Source: Octopus bimaculoides
Lineage: Eukaryota
Assembly: GCF_001194135.2 (NCBI RefSeq)
Contig: NC_068981.1
Location: 112,423,178 to 112,487,177, forward strand
DNA: 64,000 nt
Direction: 5' to 3'
This document shows positions 51,301 through 64,000 of the stretch, in pieces. The translations under genes were made by a program, and so were the position numbers. The notes under the pieces were generated by a model. That model made no database searches. It was given only the letters and a program-made list of their open reading frames with translations, and was not told where the DNA came from. Within the stretch, counting starts at the first letter, position 1. Each line of letters opens with the position of its first letter.

Positions 51301-52650
51301 TTCCAAAGTTCTCCCCAAAATGTTTTACTTTCTTCCACATCAGGAATCACTTCCTGATGTTTCCCCTCTATTTCCTCAAAAATACACCAATCTATTCTTT
51401 TCAAGACCTTTGCATTTGGCCTCATATCTTTTCAATTTGGCCTTTAACATCATCACTCTTTGTGACAATTCTTTCTGTACAATTTTCTTTCACCTTCTAG
51501 CCTATGCTGATCATTCAGTTTTCTGATTACTATCTCATTCTTGAGTTCTTCTCTCATTATCCTATTTAATTGTCCCAGTCCTTTCCATGTCTTTTTCAAC
51601 TTCATTTGCATTCTTTTCCTCCTGTTTGATTCTTTCTTTTCATTCTCCGTATTTTCTCCAACAGCCTTCCACTTGTATCCTATTATGGCAGCAGCTATGA
51701 TTAGCTGATTTGTTTCACTAATGTTTTCTGTTTTAACTAAGCTCAAAATACATACTTTGCCTGTGACTCTCTACTTTTCTCTGTCCACATAGTTTATATT
51801 TTGTGTCACTTCATTGTTCACACTATACAATTTACATTGCAGTATTTTTAGAATATTCTTCTCTTCATAGTTCAAGTTTTGTGCAACATTTACTGTCACT
51901 TGTCCAGCTAAATCACCTTCACTATTTACTTCATCAGCTTTCTCAGGTACATAGTGATTTCCTTCTTTGTAATGTTTTTCATCTCTTACCCCTTCATTAT
52001 CACTTTCTGCTACTGTTGTTTCACACTCTTCCTGTTCAATTTTTTTATTATTCTCTGAATTTCTTCAACCTCTAATCCTGTAGTCCAGCTGTACGAACTG
52101 TCCTTCTCTGGTCTATCAGTAATTGATTGGAAGCTTCAAAGACTCCCTTTTCATCCCATGTTCTCTTCATTCATTTCATGAAGCTTCTTTTATTTGGCTT
52201 ACTTCTCTGCCAACATTCAATCACAATCTTGTTTACCTCTTTTTCCCATTTCATTTTTCTCCTACTGCACTTTTGATTTTGATTCTTATCACTGACTTGA
52301 TGGATACCTGCCATAGATTGATCAGGCACTCCTTGCCTGTTGTGCACAACATCTTCCCTGTTAATAGTTCTGGTCCTGTTAATGCGGTTAGGTTATTACT
52401 TGTGTATGGCATCACTCATTTTGAGGTAGCATCTATAATGTTTTTTCGTTGTGACACTATCACTAGGTGGGTTGCCAACCAAGGCTCAAGGGAGTCCACA
52501 TGTAACCTTATACACACTGTCAGATGACCATTGACTCCCATGAGTTCATCTGCTCTTTTGCAGGTCTTGTTTTTCTTCCTGCAGAGTGCCCAACTACCAC
52601 TCTCCTCATCAAGCATGCTTGGTGGGTTTGCTGGTTTAGTTGCTGATGAC
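48330..52650 (-). mobile_element. R4/Dong-like LINE, near full-length, decayed
   Basis: N-terminal RKMKW...IVIECW; SNFQPITCL...PVEQKGCR; KILWDIPIHADREIKANRLDIVV...IDVSIP...KLSKYKNL; (TAA)n-type tail. Confidence 0.9.
49700..49898 (+). mobile_element. RTE 3' tail inserted in the R4/Dong element
   Basis: Diverged copy of the tggttggcgttaggaagggcatccagc...gttaaacgatgatg unit. Confidence 0.7.
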
Positions 52651-53929
52651 CCAACCATTAGTATGTTGATTTAAACCTAATTACAGCATACTCCCACCAA
52701 CACCAGAAGCTTCCTAGACCTTCCCACCAGACCAACACAATAAAGCTAGTACAAAGTATACAATTGATGGCTTCCTCCTCACCAGTTTCCTTCATCACTG
52801 CTTGGTATAACACATTTATCTTAATTTTCTTTATCGATATTATAATATTAATAATATCATTATTAGTCTAGTTATAATAATTATTAGTACCATCCTCATC
52901 ATTACTTCTACTGTCATTATTATTTTTACTAACACTACCACTTTTACTATCACTATCACTATTTTTATCATCTTTACCACAATCTTTATCAATATTTCCA
53001 GTATAGGTGGTGAGGATGGGATTGAGTGAGCACATAACTGAAACACAAACAAGTTTTCAGCATTGGAGATATAAGTAAAACAAAATAGATACAATTTAAT
53101 GAGGAAAAGAAAACAAATTAGCAAACATATTTATATTGCAAAAGAAATAAACAAATGATTTTACCTATTCCTTAAATTCCTGCATACAATATCATTAGAC
53201 CAAACTGCAGTTATAGGGTCAAGCGAAAAAGAAAAACAATATATGAATATTTAACTACATAATACTATTCTGAAATGAGGCAGAAAGAGCCAGCAGGCCT
53301 TCCAATGTTGTTAAGAAATGAAAATTGCATGCAGCATATTTTGTATTCAACTTCAAATTAAGCAATGCTGAGACAACATGGACCAACGAGCTAGTTTTCA
53401 ATGTTAGAAATATAGGTAAAACAGAATAGAAATATAACCTATCATATGAAATTTGATGAGAAAAAGAAAACAAATTAAGAAGTCTAATTATACTGTTATT
53501 CTACATGTAAAAATTGTAAGCAAATGATTTTACCTAGTCCTTAAATTCCTGCATATGATTCCATTAGTCCAGACTGCAACCATAGGACTAAATGATATCA
53601 CTATTGCCATCATTCCTTCATACTTTAGATACTTGAAAGAATTATTATTAGTATATGTTTGGCTTTTGATTTGTATTTGTTCAAGTTGACTCCAAGTCTC
53701 ACCCAGAGACCTCAAGAGACAACAAGTTAGAAGATGACTAGGGTGCCATACATTTTGTTTGAAACAGAGTATTGTAGAGAATGTCTGTCAAAACATAAGT
53801 AAATTAGAAGTTTGTTTTAAAAATGATTTGATTATAAGTTGATAGTCTGATGTTAACATGACAGTAAAAGGTGTTTGCTGTTATGTACATTTAAAAGTAT
53901 TTTGACACTGTTTATGGATTAATATATCT

Positions 53930-54620
53930 TCGGGATTACATAGGCAATATTTTATGTAGGATATGGGCAGTTCCCATGAGCACTATTTTTTGAATTTCTT
54001 CTATTTTGGGATTTCCTAGTATCTGAGCTAGGTAGCAATCAGCCCCTTTTGCTATCATTCCTAGAGAACCTATGACAACAGGTATTGTTTTAGTCTTGAA
54101 GTTCCACATTTTGCCAATTTCTATTTCAAGATCTTTATACTTACCCAGTTTTTGGTAGGTCTTGATAGATACATTTATGTTGATTGGGACAGTCATATCG
54201 ATGAGGAGGCATGACTTTTGTCTGAAGTCCTTCAGTATAATGTCTGGCCTATTTGCATCCATCTTTCTGTCAGTTTGAATGGTGAAGTTCCAAAGGAGTG
54301 AGATGTGGTCATTTTCAAGTACTGGAGGTGGTTTGTGTTCCCACCAGTTTTTATCATGGGGCAGGTCCAAGTCTTTGCAAATATACTATGCTGTTCTATC
54401 ATGCCTGTTGAGATACATGGAGACAACATGGTCGATGGTTTCATTTTCTTGTTTACATACATGACATGTTGGGCTACTGTCATTCTTGAAGATGTTGGCC
54501 TGATAGCTTCTTGTAGGTAGGCATTGAGTTTGGGCTTCTATGATAATCCCTTCTGTCTTTGATTTTAAGCCAGAAGACACTAGCCATTGATGGGTAAGGG
54601 CTTTGTCAATTTCGGCATTA
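53930..54620 (-). mobile_element. R4/Dong-like LINE 3' fragment (CCHC + RLE)
   Basis: CHVCKQENETIDHVVS; LLWNFTIQTDRKMDANRPDIIL...LIDMTVP...YKDLEIEI...PVVIGSLG. Confidence 0.9.
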
Positions 54621-54669
54621 TTAGCTCTCATTATTATCATTTTCATGTGCACACAACAGATTAGACTGT

Positions 54670-57000
54670 TGGAAAAGAAAAAATCCTAACATCGGGCTAC
54701 AACAAGTAACCTTAGGTGCCAAGAACCTTTCTAAGTTCCTAGCTGTCCCTAAAACACTGTTTTCTGGAGCTGTACTAAACTGGGTTTTATGCCTGTTTCC
54801 TCTATCCATCTGTTCAGATCTTTAGGGATAGTTCCCAATGCACATATAACTACTGGGATACATTTTACCCACACTTTCCATAGTCTCTGTAATTCAATGG
54901 CTAGGGCCTGGTACTTTGCTATTTTTTCTATACCTCTCATATTGATTTTTTCATCATTTGGGACTGTTTAATCAATTATCTGGCACTATCTTTTCTCTTT
55001 ATCTACTGCTACTACTAAATTAGGCTCTCTAGCTTCTATTACTCTATCAGTCTGAATGTTGAAGTTCCTCAACATCTTGTATCTTTTACGTTCTAGTACT
55101 TTACTAGGTTCCTGTTCATACCATTTATTAGTATGTTCAAATCCTAGCTTTCTACATAACTCTCAGTGGATTACTCTCCCTAGGTTGTCATGTATTTTCT
55201 TGTATTCTTTCTGTGCCAGCATGCTACATTCACTTACTATATGAGTAATGCTTTCCTCTTTTGATTTGCATAACCTACATTGGGAATCTATTTGGTTTTT
55301 GTCTCTCTTGTCTCTTATCCAATTAGTCCTTAATGCTTGATCTTGTGCAGCTACTAACAAACTTTCTGTCTCCCTTTTTAGCTTTCCTTTCAGCAATCAT
55401 AGCCATGTCTCACTACAACTATTTGCTGCAACTATCTTTGGGAATCTAGCATGCAGTGCCTTCTGCTACAGTCAGATAATTTCTGTTCTCTTTTCTGGTT
55501 TTTAACTTCATTTGGGATTTTGGTTTCCCTATGTCTTGCTGTGATTTTAGCAACTTTTAATAAACTTTGTTCACTATTACCTACGCAGGATGCTATATCT
55601 ACTCTTGTTAACTCCATTCAGTCTTCTACTGATATTAACCCCATTCTGCCGTCCTTTCTGGGTAAGTATAATCTGGCTACTTCTGTCTTTGGGTGAAGTC
55701 CTCTGTTCATATTGAATTCATTCCTAGTTCTTTTATGTAGCTTTGCTTATTCAGTTTTTGTCCAATCTACAAAAGCTGCTGAGTAACGATACTACCCAAG
55801 TGTTTACAACCTTCACTAGATTCAGACCATTTAGCTTTGACTTCATTAGCTTCCTCACCCTACTGAAGTACTCCTTTTCAATTTTCCTTTTCATTTTTAT
55901 AGTTGGTACTCTGTCAGATTCTAATACTTCGAGATACTTATAACTCTCTCCTCCTTTCAATGTCTGACAATCTGGTAATTGGATACTTTCGCTGTTGACT
56001 ATTTGTTCCCTTCTCATGAGTAATATCGCACACTTATCTCTGCCAAATCCCATACCTATATCTTTGCTGAATAGTCTTACAGTCTGAATTAAGGAATCTA
56101 TCTCTTTTTCATTCTTATTAAAAAGCTTCTGATCATCCATGAGTAGAGCAAATGGTTAATTTTCCCCTTAATATTTCTGAATGGATACTCTGCCTTTGCC
56201 TTCCTTAATACTAAACTGAAGGGGATCAAACATAAGACAAATGTTAAAGGGGACAATGTGTCCCCTGGAAAAATCCTCTTCTGATATTAACTTTCCCTAA
56301 GTTTGTGTCATCTGAGTAGAGATCTACCTTCCATTTCTTCATGCTAAAGCTAATTAATTCTCTTATGTGGTCTACTATATTGAATATACTCAGACATTCA
56401 CTTATCCACGAGTGTGGGGTCATGTAGGCTTTCCTGTAATCTGTCCATGCTATTGTTAAATTTTTCTTTTTGGCTTTTACTTCATTTAGAACTGCTTTGT
56501 ATATGTATAATATGTCATGCATTCCTCTAGCCTTCTTCCTGCAACTTTTCTGTTCTTCTGGCTGCAAATTGTCTGTCAAGATGCTCCTTAGTGCATTCTG
56601 GAAGCATTCCTGTTAACAGCTTCCACACTAATGGTAAGCAAGTGATTGTCTATAGTTGCTAGCTGTATTACCCTTGCTCTTATCTTTCATAATGAGTATT
56701 GTCCTCCCTCTAGCCATCCAATCTGGTATTATTCCTCCATTAAGGCAATCCTGAAGTTGTTCCCTCAGCCTCCCAATTAAACTTCTGAATTTCTTTAGCC
56801 AGTATTCTTGAACTAAATGTAGTCTTGGACCCTTCCTAATACTTTACTCATTAATGCACTAGTCAGTCTTAAATCTAGCTGCTTCTCACTCACTATTTCT
56901 TCCCTCATTTTCTTTAACCATACTTCATTTCCATTATGATTGACAGGCTTATCCCAAATAGTCTCTGCCTCTCCAACATGAGTTCAGTGGTTTCATCTAT
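54670..57000 (-). mobile_element. R4/Dong-like LINE, 5'-truncated
   Basis: AWTDYRKAY...FFQG; LFMDD; CRLCKSKEESITHIVSECSMLAQKEYKKIHD; EKIAKYQALAIELQRLW. Confidence 0.9.
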
Positions 57001-57064
57001 TCATACTGCTGCTCAATAAATACTATTGTTCTTACTACTACTACTGCTACTGCTGCTGCTACTG

Positions 57065-57265
57065 AATTGGCAAGCTGGCAGAATCGTTAACACAGTAACA
57101 TTCCATCTGTCTTTACACTCTGAGTTCAAATTCTGCCAAGGTTAAATATGCATTTCATCTTTTAGGGTTGATAAAATAAGTACCAGTAGAGCACTGGCCT
57201 CAATACGATCAACTTGTCTCCTTCCCCAAAATTTCAGGCCTTATGCCTATAGTAGAAAAGACTAG
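57065..57265 (+). mobile_element. SINE family B
   Basis: Collinear with 19398-19625. Confidence 0.8.
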
Positions 57266-57379
57266 TGCTACTCTAGTTGCTTGAGAGAAAGTGAATGAGC
57301 AGTTGCTTTCAGATACTTATGAAGGGAGTGCCATAAAAGCACATTTTTACAGGAAAAGGTATGTGCTTTATACCTATAT

Positions 57380-57990
57380 CTTGGGGTTGAAACTACAAGA
57401 TATGCAGATGTATATAAAATATAATTTAAATTAGGTAGGAGGGCTGTATGTAGCATGTGTGTAATTTTGGTCAATACTATTTTTTGGATTTTCTGAAGAG
57501 ATGTTTCACCTAGAAAATTGTTAAGCTGTTTCTCATATCTTTTTCTTGTCATACCATCTTGAGCAGGACTATTTTCATTTTCAAACTTTATCCCTAGGTC
57601 AAATTGTCTTGTCTGTCCATTAATTGAGGAAATCCCAAAGTATTGTTGCATTATCTCCTTTCATAACTGGTCCTGGGAGGATTTCATACAAGTTGATTGT
57701 TGTTTTTACTTTGAAGTAGTTGCATAGCTTCAATTGCAGGTATTGACCTCCTCTGCCATATCAGTTCTTATACACATTTTGTGTCAGAAACTATTGTTTC
57801 ATCATATCAATCACAAAACCTGAATTATTATTATTGCTGTTGTTATTCAAAAGCTATTACATGCTAAGTTGCAGAGATATTATCCTGAAGTTGTCAAAAA
57901 CTTTATGGTATTGATTGCATCAATTCTGTTTCTCACATCCAGTTCACTTTTTTAGGATAGCTCTAACTTTATGATAATATTCTTTCCATA
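57380..57990 (-). mobile_element. R4/Dong-like LINE 3' fragment, heavily decayed
   Basis: KQLNNFLGETSLQKIQKIVL resembles the R4/Dong C-terminus. Confidence 0.55.
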
Positions 57991-58899
57991 TTTATCCTGC
58001 ACACATATTGTAATCTGTGTATTTGAAAAATTACTGGAAAACAGCTTGAATGGATTTTCACCAAATTTGGAGTGGCTCAAAATGATGAAAATTTGGTTCG
58101 ATTAGCTTCAAACATACATAAATACATACATAGATATGCGACTGTGTGTGCATGCGTGTGTGTCTACAGTGATGGATTTGAGGGTCTCATTTATTTACGA
58201 GTTGATTTCTTAATTTCACCGCAGTATAAATACCTATAATGGTTATACTTAAAAAAAAAAAAAAAGAAACTTTTTTTAACTTGAACTTGAACAAGTTTTC
58301 TGATAAGCAAGTGGTCATACTATTTATATCCCACAACAAACTACAGTATTTTTGATTCACCTGCCATCATTGAAAGACATTCAATACACTTCTCAAATTC
58401 TATGCAATATTTTCTATAAGTATTTCATTTTGATATGAAACAACCCTTGTCTACGTGTGTATAGATCATGCGCATAGACACATGTGAGTACATACATAGA
58501 TACATATATAGGTATGCAATTGTGTGTGTGTGTGTGTGTACAGTGATGGTTTTGAGGGTTTTGTTCATTTATGAATTGATTTCTTAATTTCACTTATAAT
58601 GGTGATACTTAAATTTCCCAATAAGCAAGTTTAGTCAAACACTTATAAAGCTTAATTCAGTTCTATTATTCTATTAAAAAGCATGGGTAAGCAACACATT
58701 GTAAGCCACACTATAATTTGTGAAAAAATTTAACTGTGCGCAGGGTATGCATCATCCCGCCAATGCCTTTTTTTTTTTTTTTCATTTTTCATGCATTTGT
58801 GGATGCTGCATGTTATCCATCCCTTCCACTTAGGCCTAATTATTTATAATTTTATTTTTCAGGATCTAATTCCTTGATTGTTTATCAAGACCAAACTCC

Positions 58900-59800
58900 A
58901 TTTCAGTATCATCACTAAATTGTTTTACTGTAGTTAAAAGCTGTTCCAGTTGTTGCTTACCTTTTGTGAAAAGCTTTAGATCATCCATATAAAGAAAGTG
59001 ATTAGTTTGTCTGTTGTATATCTATGTTTTGTGTCATTCAACAGCTTACTGAGGGGTATGAGAACCATACAAAAAAGTAGTGGTAATAGAGAATCACCTT
59101 GAAAAATATTGCAGTTTATGTCAATGTTCCCAGTGTTCATAGTACTTATCTCTGAATTCGGTATATTCAGTTGCCTTCCAGTGCCTCGTACCACACGTTT
59201 TTGTAATCAATTCCTGCACTAGATTTTTGAGTTGTTTGTGACAGTCTTCTACAATCATTTTATTGACTAAAAGATGGTCTTTACACCTATACAAGCCACA
59301 TTTATAGCCATTTTATTCATTAATGAATATCTTCAGTAATGATGGAGATTAGTATTTTAAGATATGTTATTGGTCAATAGTTTGATGTGGGGTGGTTAAT
59401 TTCATTGCTTTTGAGCAGTAAGTTATTCTGTTTACTAGCATGGGCTGGATTTTCCTGGGCTCATTGCATAATGCTTATTTGAGAGGTTAGTCAGTCTCAT
59501 GAGATTCAGAGAGAATATTCAGCCAGAAGTTAGGGATTTTACTTTTTCCACGTGATTTCAATTTCATAGATTTTCTGAATGCATTCCTCTGATCTTCAAC
59601 AGAGATATCTTTCCATATTTGCTCCTTAATACACTGAACTGCAAAAGTAATGTGAGACATGTGTGGCTGTGAAAAATGTTTTAATTTCATAATGTCAGAG
59701 GTAAATTTTGATGAATCTGATAAAGTCAATTTGGTATTCACATCATTTATTTTTACATGCACGAATTTTCTTGTTTTTCTTTTGCAATCACTTTCTACTG
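58900..59800 (-). mobile_element. R4/Dong-like LINE RT fragment
   Basis: IFQGDSLLPLLFCMVLIPLSKLLND; KIPNFWLN. Confidence 0.75.
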
Positions 59801-59819
59801 AAAACAGCTTAGAACTTTT

Positions 59820-60989
59820 TGTGTTTAAGCCTCATAGTCTTGTTGTATGATGAGAACTCCCGTGTACCAGATTCTGACAACTATAGCACTTTTTGTTTTT
59901 AAATGGACAATCTTTTTGTAATGTAGGCCTCCACAGCCATTACATGGATTGGGGCCTGACACTTTTTTTTGATTTTGCTTCCCAGGATGATACATTTGAA
60001 TTTTTGCAGAGTCTTTATCTTGTATTTTTTTCACGTCATGTGTAAGATTTACCATAGTCTGACATTCTTCTGCAATGGTCTGTAGAGATAAATCCTGGTT
60101 CACTTGCTCCATTTTCGAGGGAATCCTTGTCTGAATTTCTCTGTCTTCAGATGCTATAAGTCTTAGCATGAAGATAGGTGATTTTGAATATATCCTGACT
60201 GAAATCCTGAAATTTTTACACATATGGTTGACTACTGCTGCGTAAGTGATAAAATCATCCTTCTCATTCTTTGTTAAGTTCCAACACTCCATTCTGGTGT
60301 TGAATAATGAACTTCTATCACAAAAAATTTTTGCAAGTGGTTCTACAGACTTTTGGGGCTGAATAAAGTTATAGTAACACTCATGTTCAGCAGGAGCTAC
60401 CTTGCATAGTAAAAGCCTTACTTTCTGCTCCTTCAACCATACTTGCACTTGTTAAAAATTTCCTCATATCTTCTGTAATATGCAGGAAACGTAATACCCT
60501 CTTCCGGATTATATGTAAATTCAGAAATTGGCATAAACGAGCTTACTGGATTTTCGGGCTTTGCTGACTGCAACTCATTTAATTGTTGTTGTTGTAGTAT
60601 TTGTTTTTGCAACTCCTGTAGTTGTTCCTGTTGCTTCTCTTGAAGCTGTACTACTGTGGCTATTAGGTTTTCCATGACACAGAAATGATCAAATAACCTA
60701 CTTGAGTTTCAAACGATTCTCGTCACCAGATGTTATATCCTTAAGGATAAGCAAATAAACTGCAACAGTGTAATAACAATATAATTGAAACAAATGGCAG
60801 TAACTACACGAAACATTGTTATGTTTTAAGAAACAACAATCCAACATGCTAACTCAAACTGTAAATTTTGAATTATCAACACACGAACTGTGGAACTAGC
60901 ATGAACTACCTCATTTACTCAGCCCACTACTATTTATATGTAGTGGTCCAGTCCATTCTCACCAGGAGGCATCATACTCTCACACAACA
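59820..60989 (-). mobile_element. Gypsy (Mag-like) 5' fragment: 5' LTR 60731-60989, PBS, gag
   Basis: LTR with tgtt...aaca inverted ends; PBS tctggtgacgagaa (60717-60730); gag ISEFTYNPEEGITFPAYYRRYEEIF, CNGCGGLH knuckle remnant. Confidence 0.88.
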
Positions 60990-63123
60990 GTCTGGAGTAA
61001 AAATGTAAAAATGTTAGATGTAAAGTAATGATATACTAAAATTACAACAATGTAGGACAGTTATAACTACCACTCTTAAAAGTTTCAAACCTTCTAGAAT
61101 ACACCACATATGTATTGTTCTTATTGTGAAGTATGCCATTGTACACCAGTAATGTATTTGTGAACCAGATAGAACATCAGATTTCTATTTCTAATTAAGA
61201 TTATTTCATTCACATTGTCAGTACTCTCCAGAAACACATGAGCATAATACCATTTCTTACTTTTGTGCCCATGAATCTAATATTCTGAGTCTATTTTAAG
61301 GGTTAATTGTATTAGGATGAGTTCCTTTGATGAAGTGGAAAGTTCTTGGCAATTTTGATCTCCAAAATAGTTTCAGATTTTAGGTGAAAGTACTTGTTTC
61401 CTAATAAAATATTTGTGAGAAAGCATGAACATCACAATCAGCTATTTCTTTTCACTAGTTCTGAAATATTTAACCATTATTATGTTTATTGCATGAAAAT
61501 ATTTTTGCATGAAGCTTAAAACAATTTATTTTGATTTTAACCCACTCTCCTCCCTATCTATGATAAAAAAAACAAACGACTGGTTTTACCACCACTACTT
61601 GCTAAAATCATTTAATGTGGCTGATTTTTCTCCTAAAAAGTATTACACTTAATGAAGTTTCTACAACACATTGTGAAAATATTAAGTGTATGCTTATATT
61701 TACATTGATATTTAAATAATTTAATATTTTTTAAAATAACACTTATTGTTATATTAGGTATCAATATGAATTTTCGAAAATATGTAACTTCTACTTTACT
61801 TTTTCTTGGAGAGCATCCTAAAAGAAACATTTTCGATAAATATTTTAGGAAATATGACATTTTGAATGGTTGAAATCTTGTCTAATTAGCCTAAATAATT
61901 GGACATATTTGTGGTGTCATATCTTCAAAACTGAGGTGAAAATCATCTTTAAATCACACAAATTAATGGTGTTCATGGGATAGCAGTTGCCAATTTTCCA
62001 GATTCTTGAAAATGAAACTTTTTTTTTGGCGATTTTTAAAAAAAAATCATGTAAAACCTATTTCATTGCATGTAACAAACAGATGATTTTGTGATGTGAG
62101 CATAAGGATTTAATGTGTTTTGAGACCTAGCTAATTCCAAAAGTACAAGTCACAAAGGACTTAGTTTTGGTACATTTGTAGTAGGTAAAGAACTAAAAAA
62201 AAAGAATCCTGAGATTTTGAGACAGGATACTATTTTAAATAAAATTTGAATGGACTTTATTAAAAATGACTATAAACAATTAAATGACAGAGTTTGAGAT
62301 TGAGATGCCCACATATAAGTTGGATCTTCTTTGTTTTGACAAAAAAAATATTTTCAGACAAAAGGGTGTATAATTTAAGTGGGATTTAGCTGTTGTTTCT
62401 AGCACATCCCATGATCACCTGGTATCTTCCTTGTTTCTTCAACACCCATCCTTCAGCACCAAGCAACTCCGTGTGTAAGGAAAAACATTTGCTAACAAAA
62501 GTATGCTAGTAAAAATTTTGTTTTTAATTTATGATTTTTTTTCAAATCCTTGCTTCCTTTATTTTTGTTTATAATTTTTCAAATATTGGAGAGCCTGAGA
62601 AGGTCATTACTGGGGTTTATCCACAGTGATTTAAAAGAGGTATGCAAAACATTATTTATTTTAATAGCATACTTTTCTGATAGTAAATATGTTTATTTTT
62701 CTTACACACACAGAGCCTAAAAATAATTTTTCTTTCTTCTTTTCTTAAATCTCAGCAATGGATTGCCCTTGAGCTAAACAAAACTCACATGACATGTCAG
62801 AATGACAAAGAAACGAGGAAGGTAACAAGTGGTCATGGGAAGTGCTTGAAATAATAGCTAAATCTACCTTAAATCACACACCTTTCTGTCTGAAAATATT
62901 TTCTAAAAATTATTTTTTTGCCAAAAGTCTTCTCTTATCATTTTGAAGTGTGCAGTGCAAAAAAGCCTGACCAAAATTGGTTCAGAGGGGCTGTGGTGTA
63001 AAAGAAAATCATACATTTACATCCAAAGTATTGGTGAAAAAAAAATTGGAGAAATCCCCATCAAAATGAAAAAAATCCAACTTCTGTATGTGTCTTGATC
63101 CAAAACTGTCAAATTATAGTAAT

Positions 63124-63173
63124 TGCATGAAAAGCTAGTGATGGCCTTTAGGCCATCACTAGCTTTTCATGCA
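63124..63173. repeat. Perfect 24-bp palindrome with 2-nt spacer
   Basis: tgcatgaaaagctagtgatggcct-tt-aggccatcactagcttttcatgca. Confidence 0.95.
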
Positions 63174-64000
63174 CTTTCAGATATAACTATATTGCAATCT
63201 GTTATCAGTAGGGGGCTCAGTTTTGATACACTGGTATGGGGTATAAAACTCAATCCTTTCTCTAAGTTGGGAGCTTCACAATACATTTAATAGGTATTCC
63301 ATGGAAGGGGAGCACAGTTTGACCACACAAAAATCCATCTTCTACTTGATCATTTTCATGTCAAAATGCATTTTTTCCATAGACAATTATCATTTGGAAG
63401 TTCTGCATGTGAACTTTTTTCTCATATACTTTTGATCAAAATCTGACACTTGAATATCATGCCATGTCCCCTCAATCACCCTTGTATTTCCACCCATTTA
63501 CAACATTTGTCCTGTTTTTGTTTTTGACTGATGAACAGTAGTGCTAGTTTTAGTTCATTGCTCTGGAGCATTATAACTCAATTTGTGTTTAAATTGATAC
63601 AGTCATGAAGGGGACTTTTTTGCTTTATTTTCATATGAAAATTAATGAGTATAGGTCAGATAATCATTATGAAATGTAAAAGTAAAAATTTATTTAGATC
63701 TTGCTCTCCACACATTGTTAAAACAGTGAAAGGGAATAAATAACATTCTCAGCACAATGATTCCATGCTAATTTTGGGCTCTAGAAGTCTTATGCAACTC
63801 AATTTAGTGCATTTTTTCATAGAAATGTTTGCTTACCAATTAGTTTTTCCATTTCTTGAAATTCTGGTTCAAAGCATTGGATTTATGTTTCATTTCAGCT
63901 CTTGTCACAAAGGAATATGCCATTTTGACAAGTAACATCAGTGGTATTCCTATTTTTATTGACTTTGTACTTTTGCATCATATTGTGGCCAGATTTGGCA

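Noticed and set aside
62756-62821. Exon-like segment QWIALELNKTHMTCQNDKETRK with AG/GT ends
   Set aside because: It overlaps a dispersed repeat: 62800-62885 is an inverted copy of about 62375-62445. There is no recognisable CARMIL similarity.

Overview
Animal nuclear DNA, AT-rich and repeat-dense, with many N gaps. The SINE and RTE-tail repeats resemble those I recall from Octopus genomes; this is unverified. The window lies inside a + strand CARMIL (LRRC16-family) gene. Three phase-compatible coding exons were reconstructed by hand (12001-12110, 34605-34692, 40004-40168), plus a possible alternative first exon in a CpG-rich block at 1-510. The introns are almost entirely transposon-derived: RTE LINEs, many R4/Dong-like LINEs, one near-full-length L1/Tx1 LINE, two mariners with TIRs and TA duplications, a Tc1 fragment, two Gypsy (Mag-like) elements, a canonical non-autonomous Helitron, two tRNA-derived SINE families and several Penelope-like elements (PLEs). 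The most notable observations are: (i) an extremely AT-rich Naiad-like PLE whose RT/GIY-YIG ORF is stop-free over about 537 codons; (ii) seven hammerhead-ribozyme-like motifs from at least six unrelated sequence families, including a head-to-head inverted pair; (iii) exactly reconstructable nested insertions in a Gypsy element; and (iv) a possible internal promoter giving a CARMIL isoform without PH/LRR domains. All family assignments come from motif recognition, not database searches.
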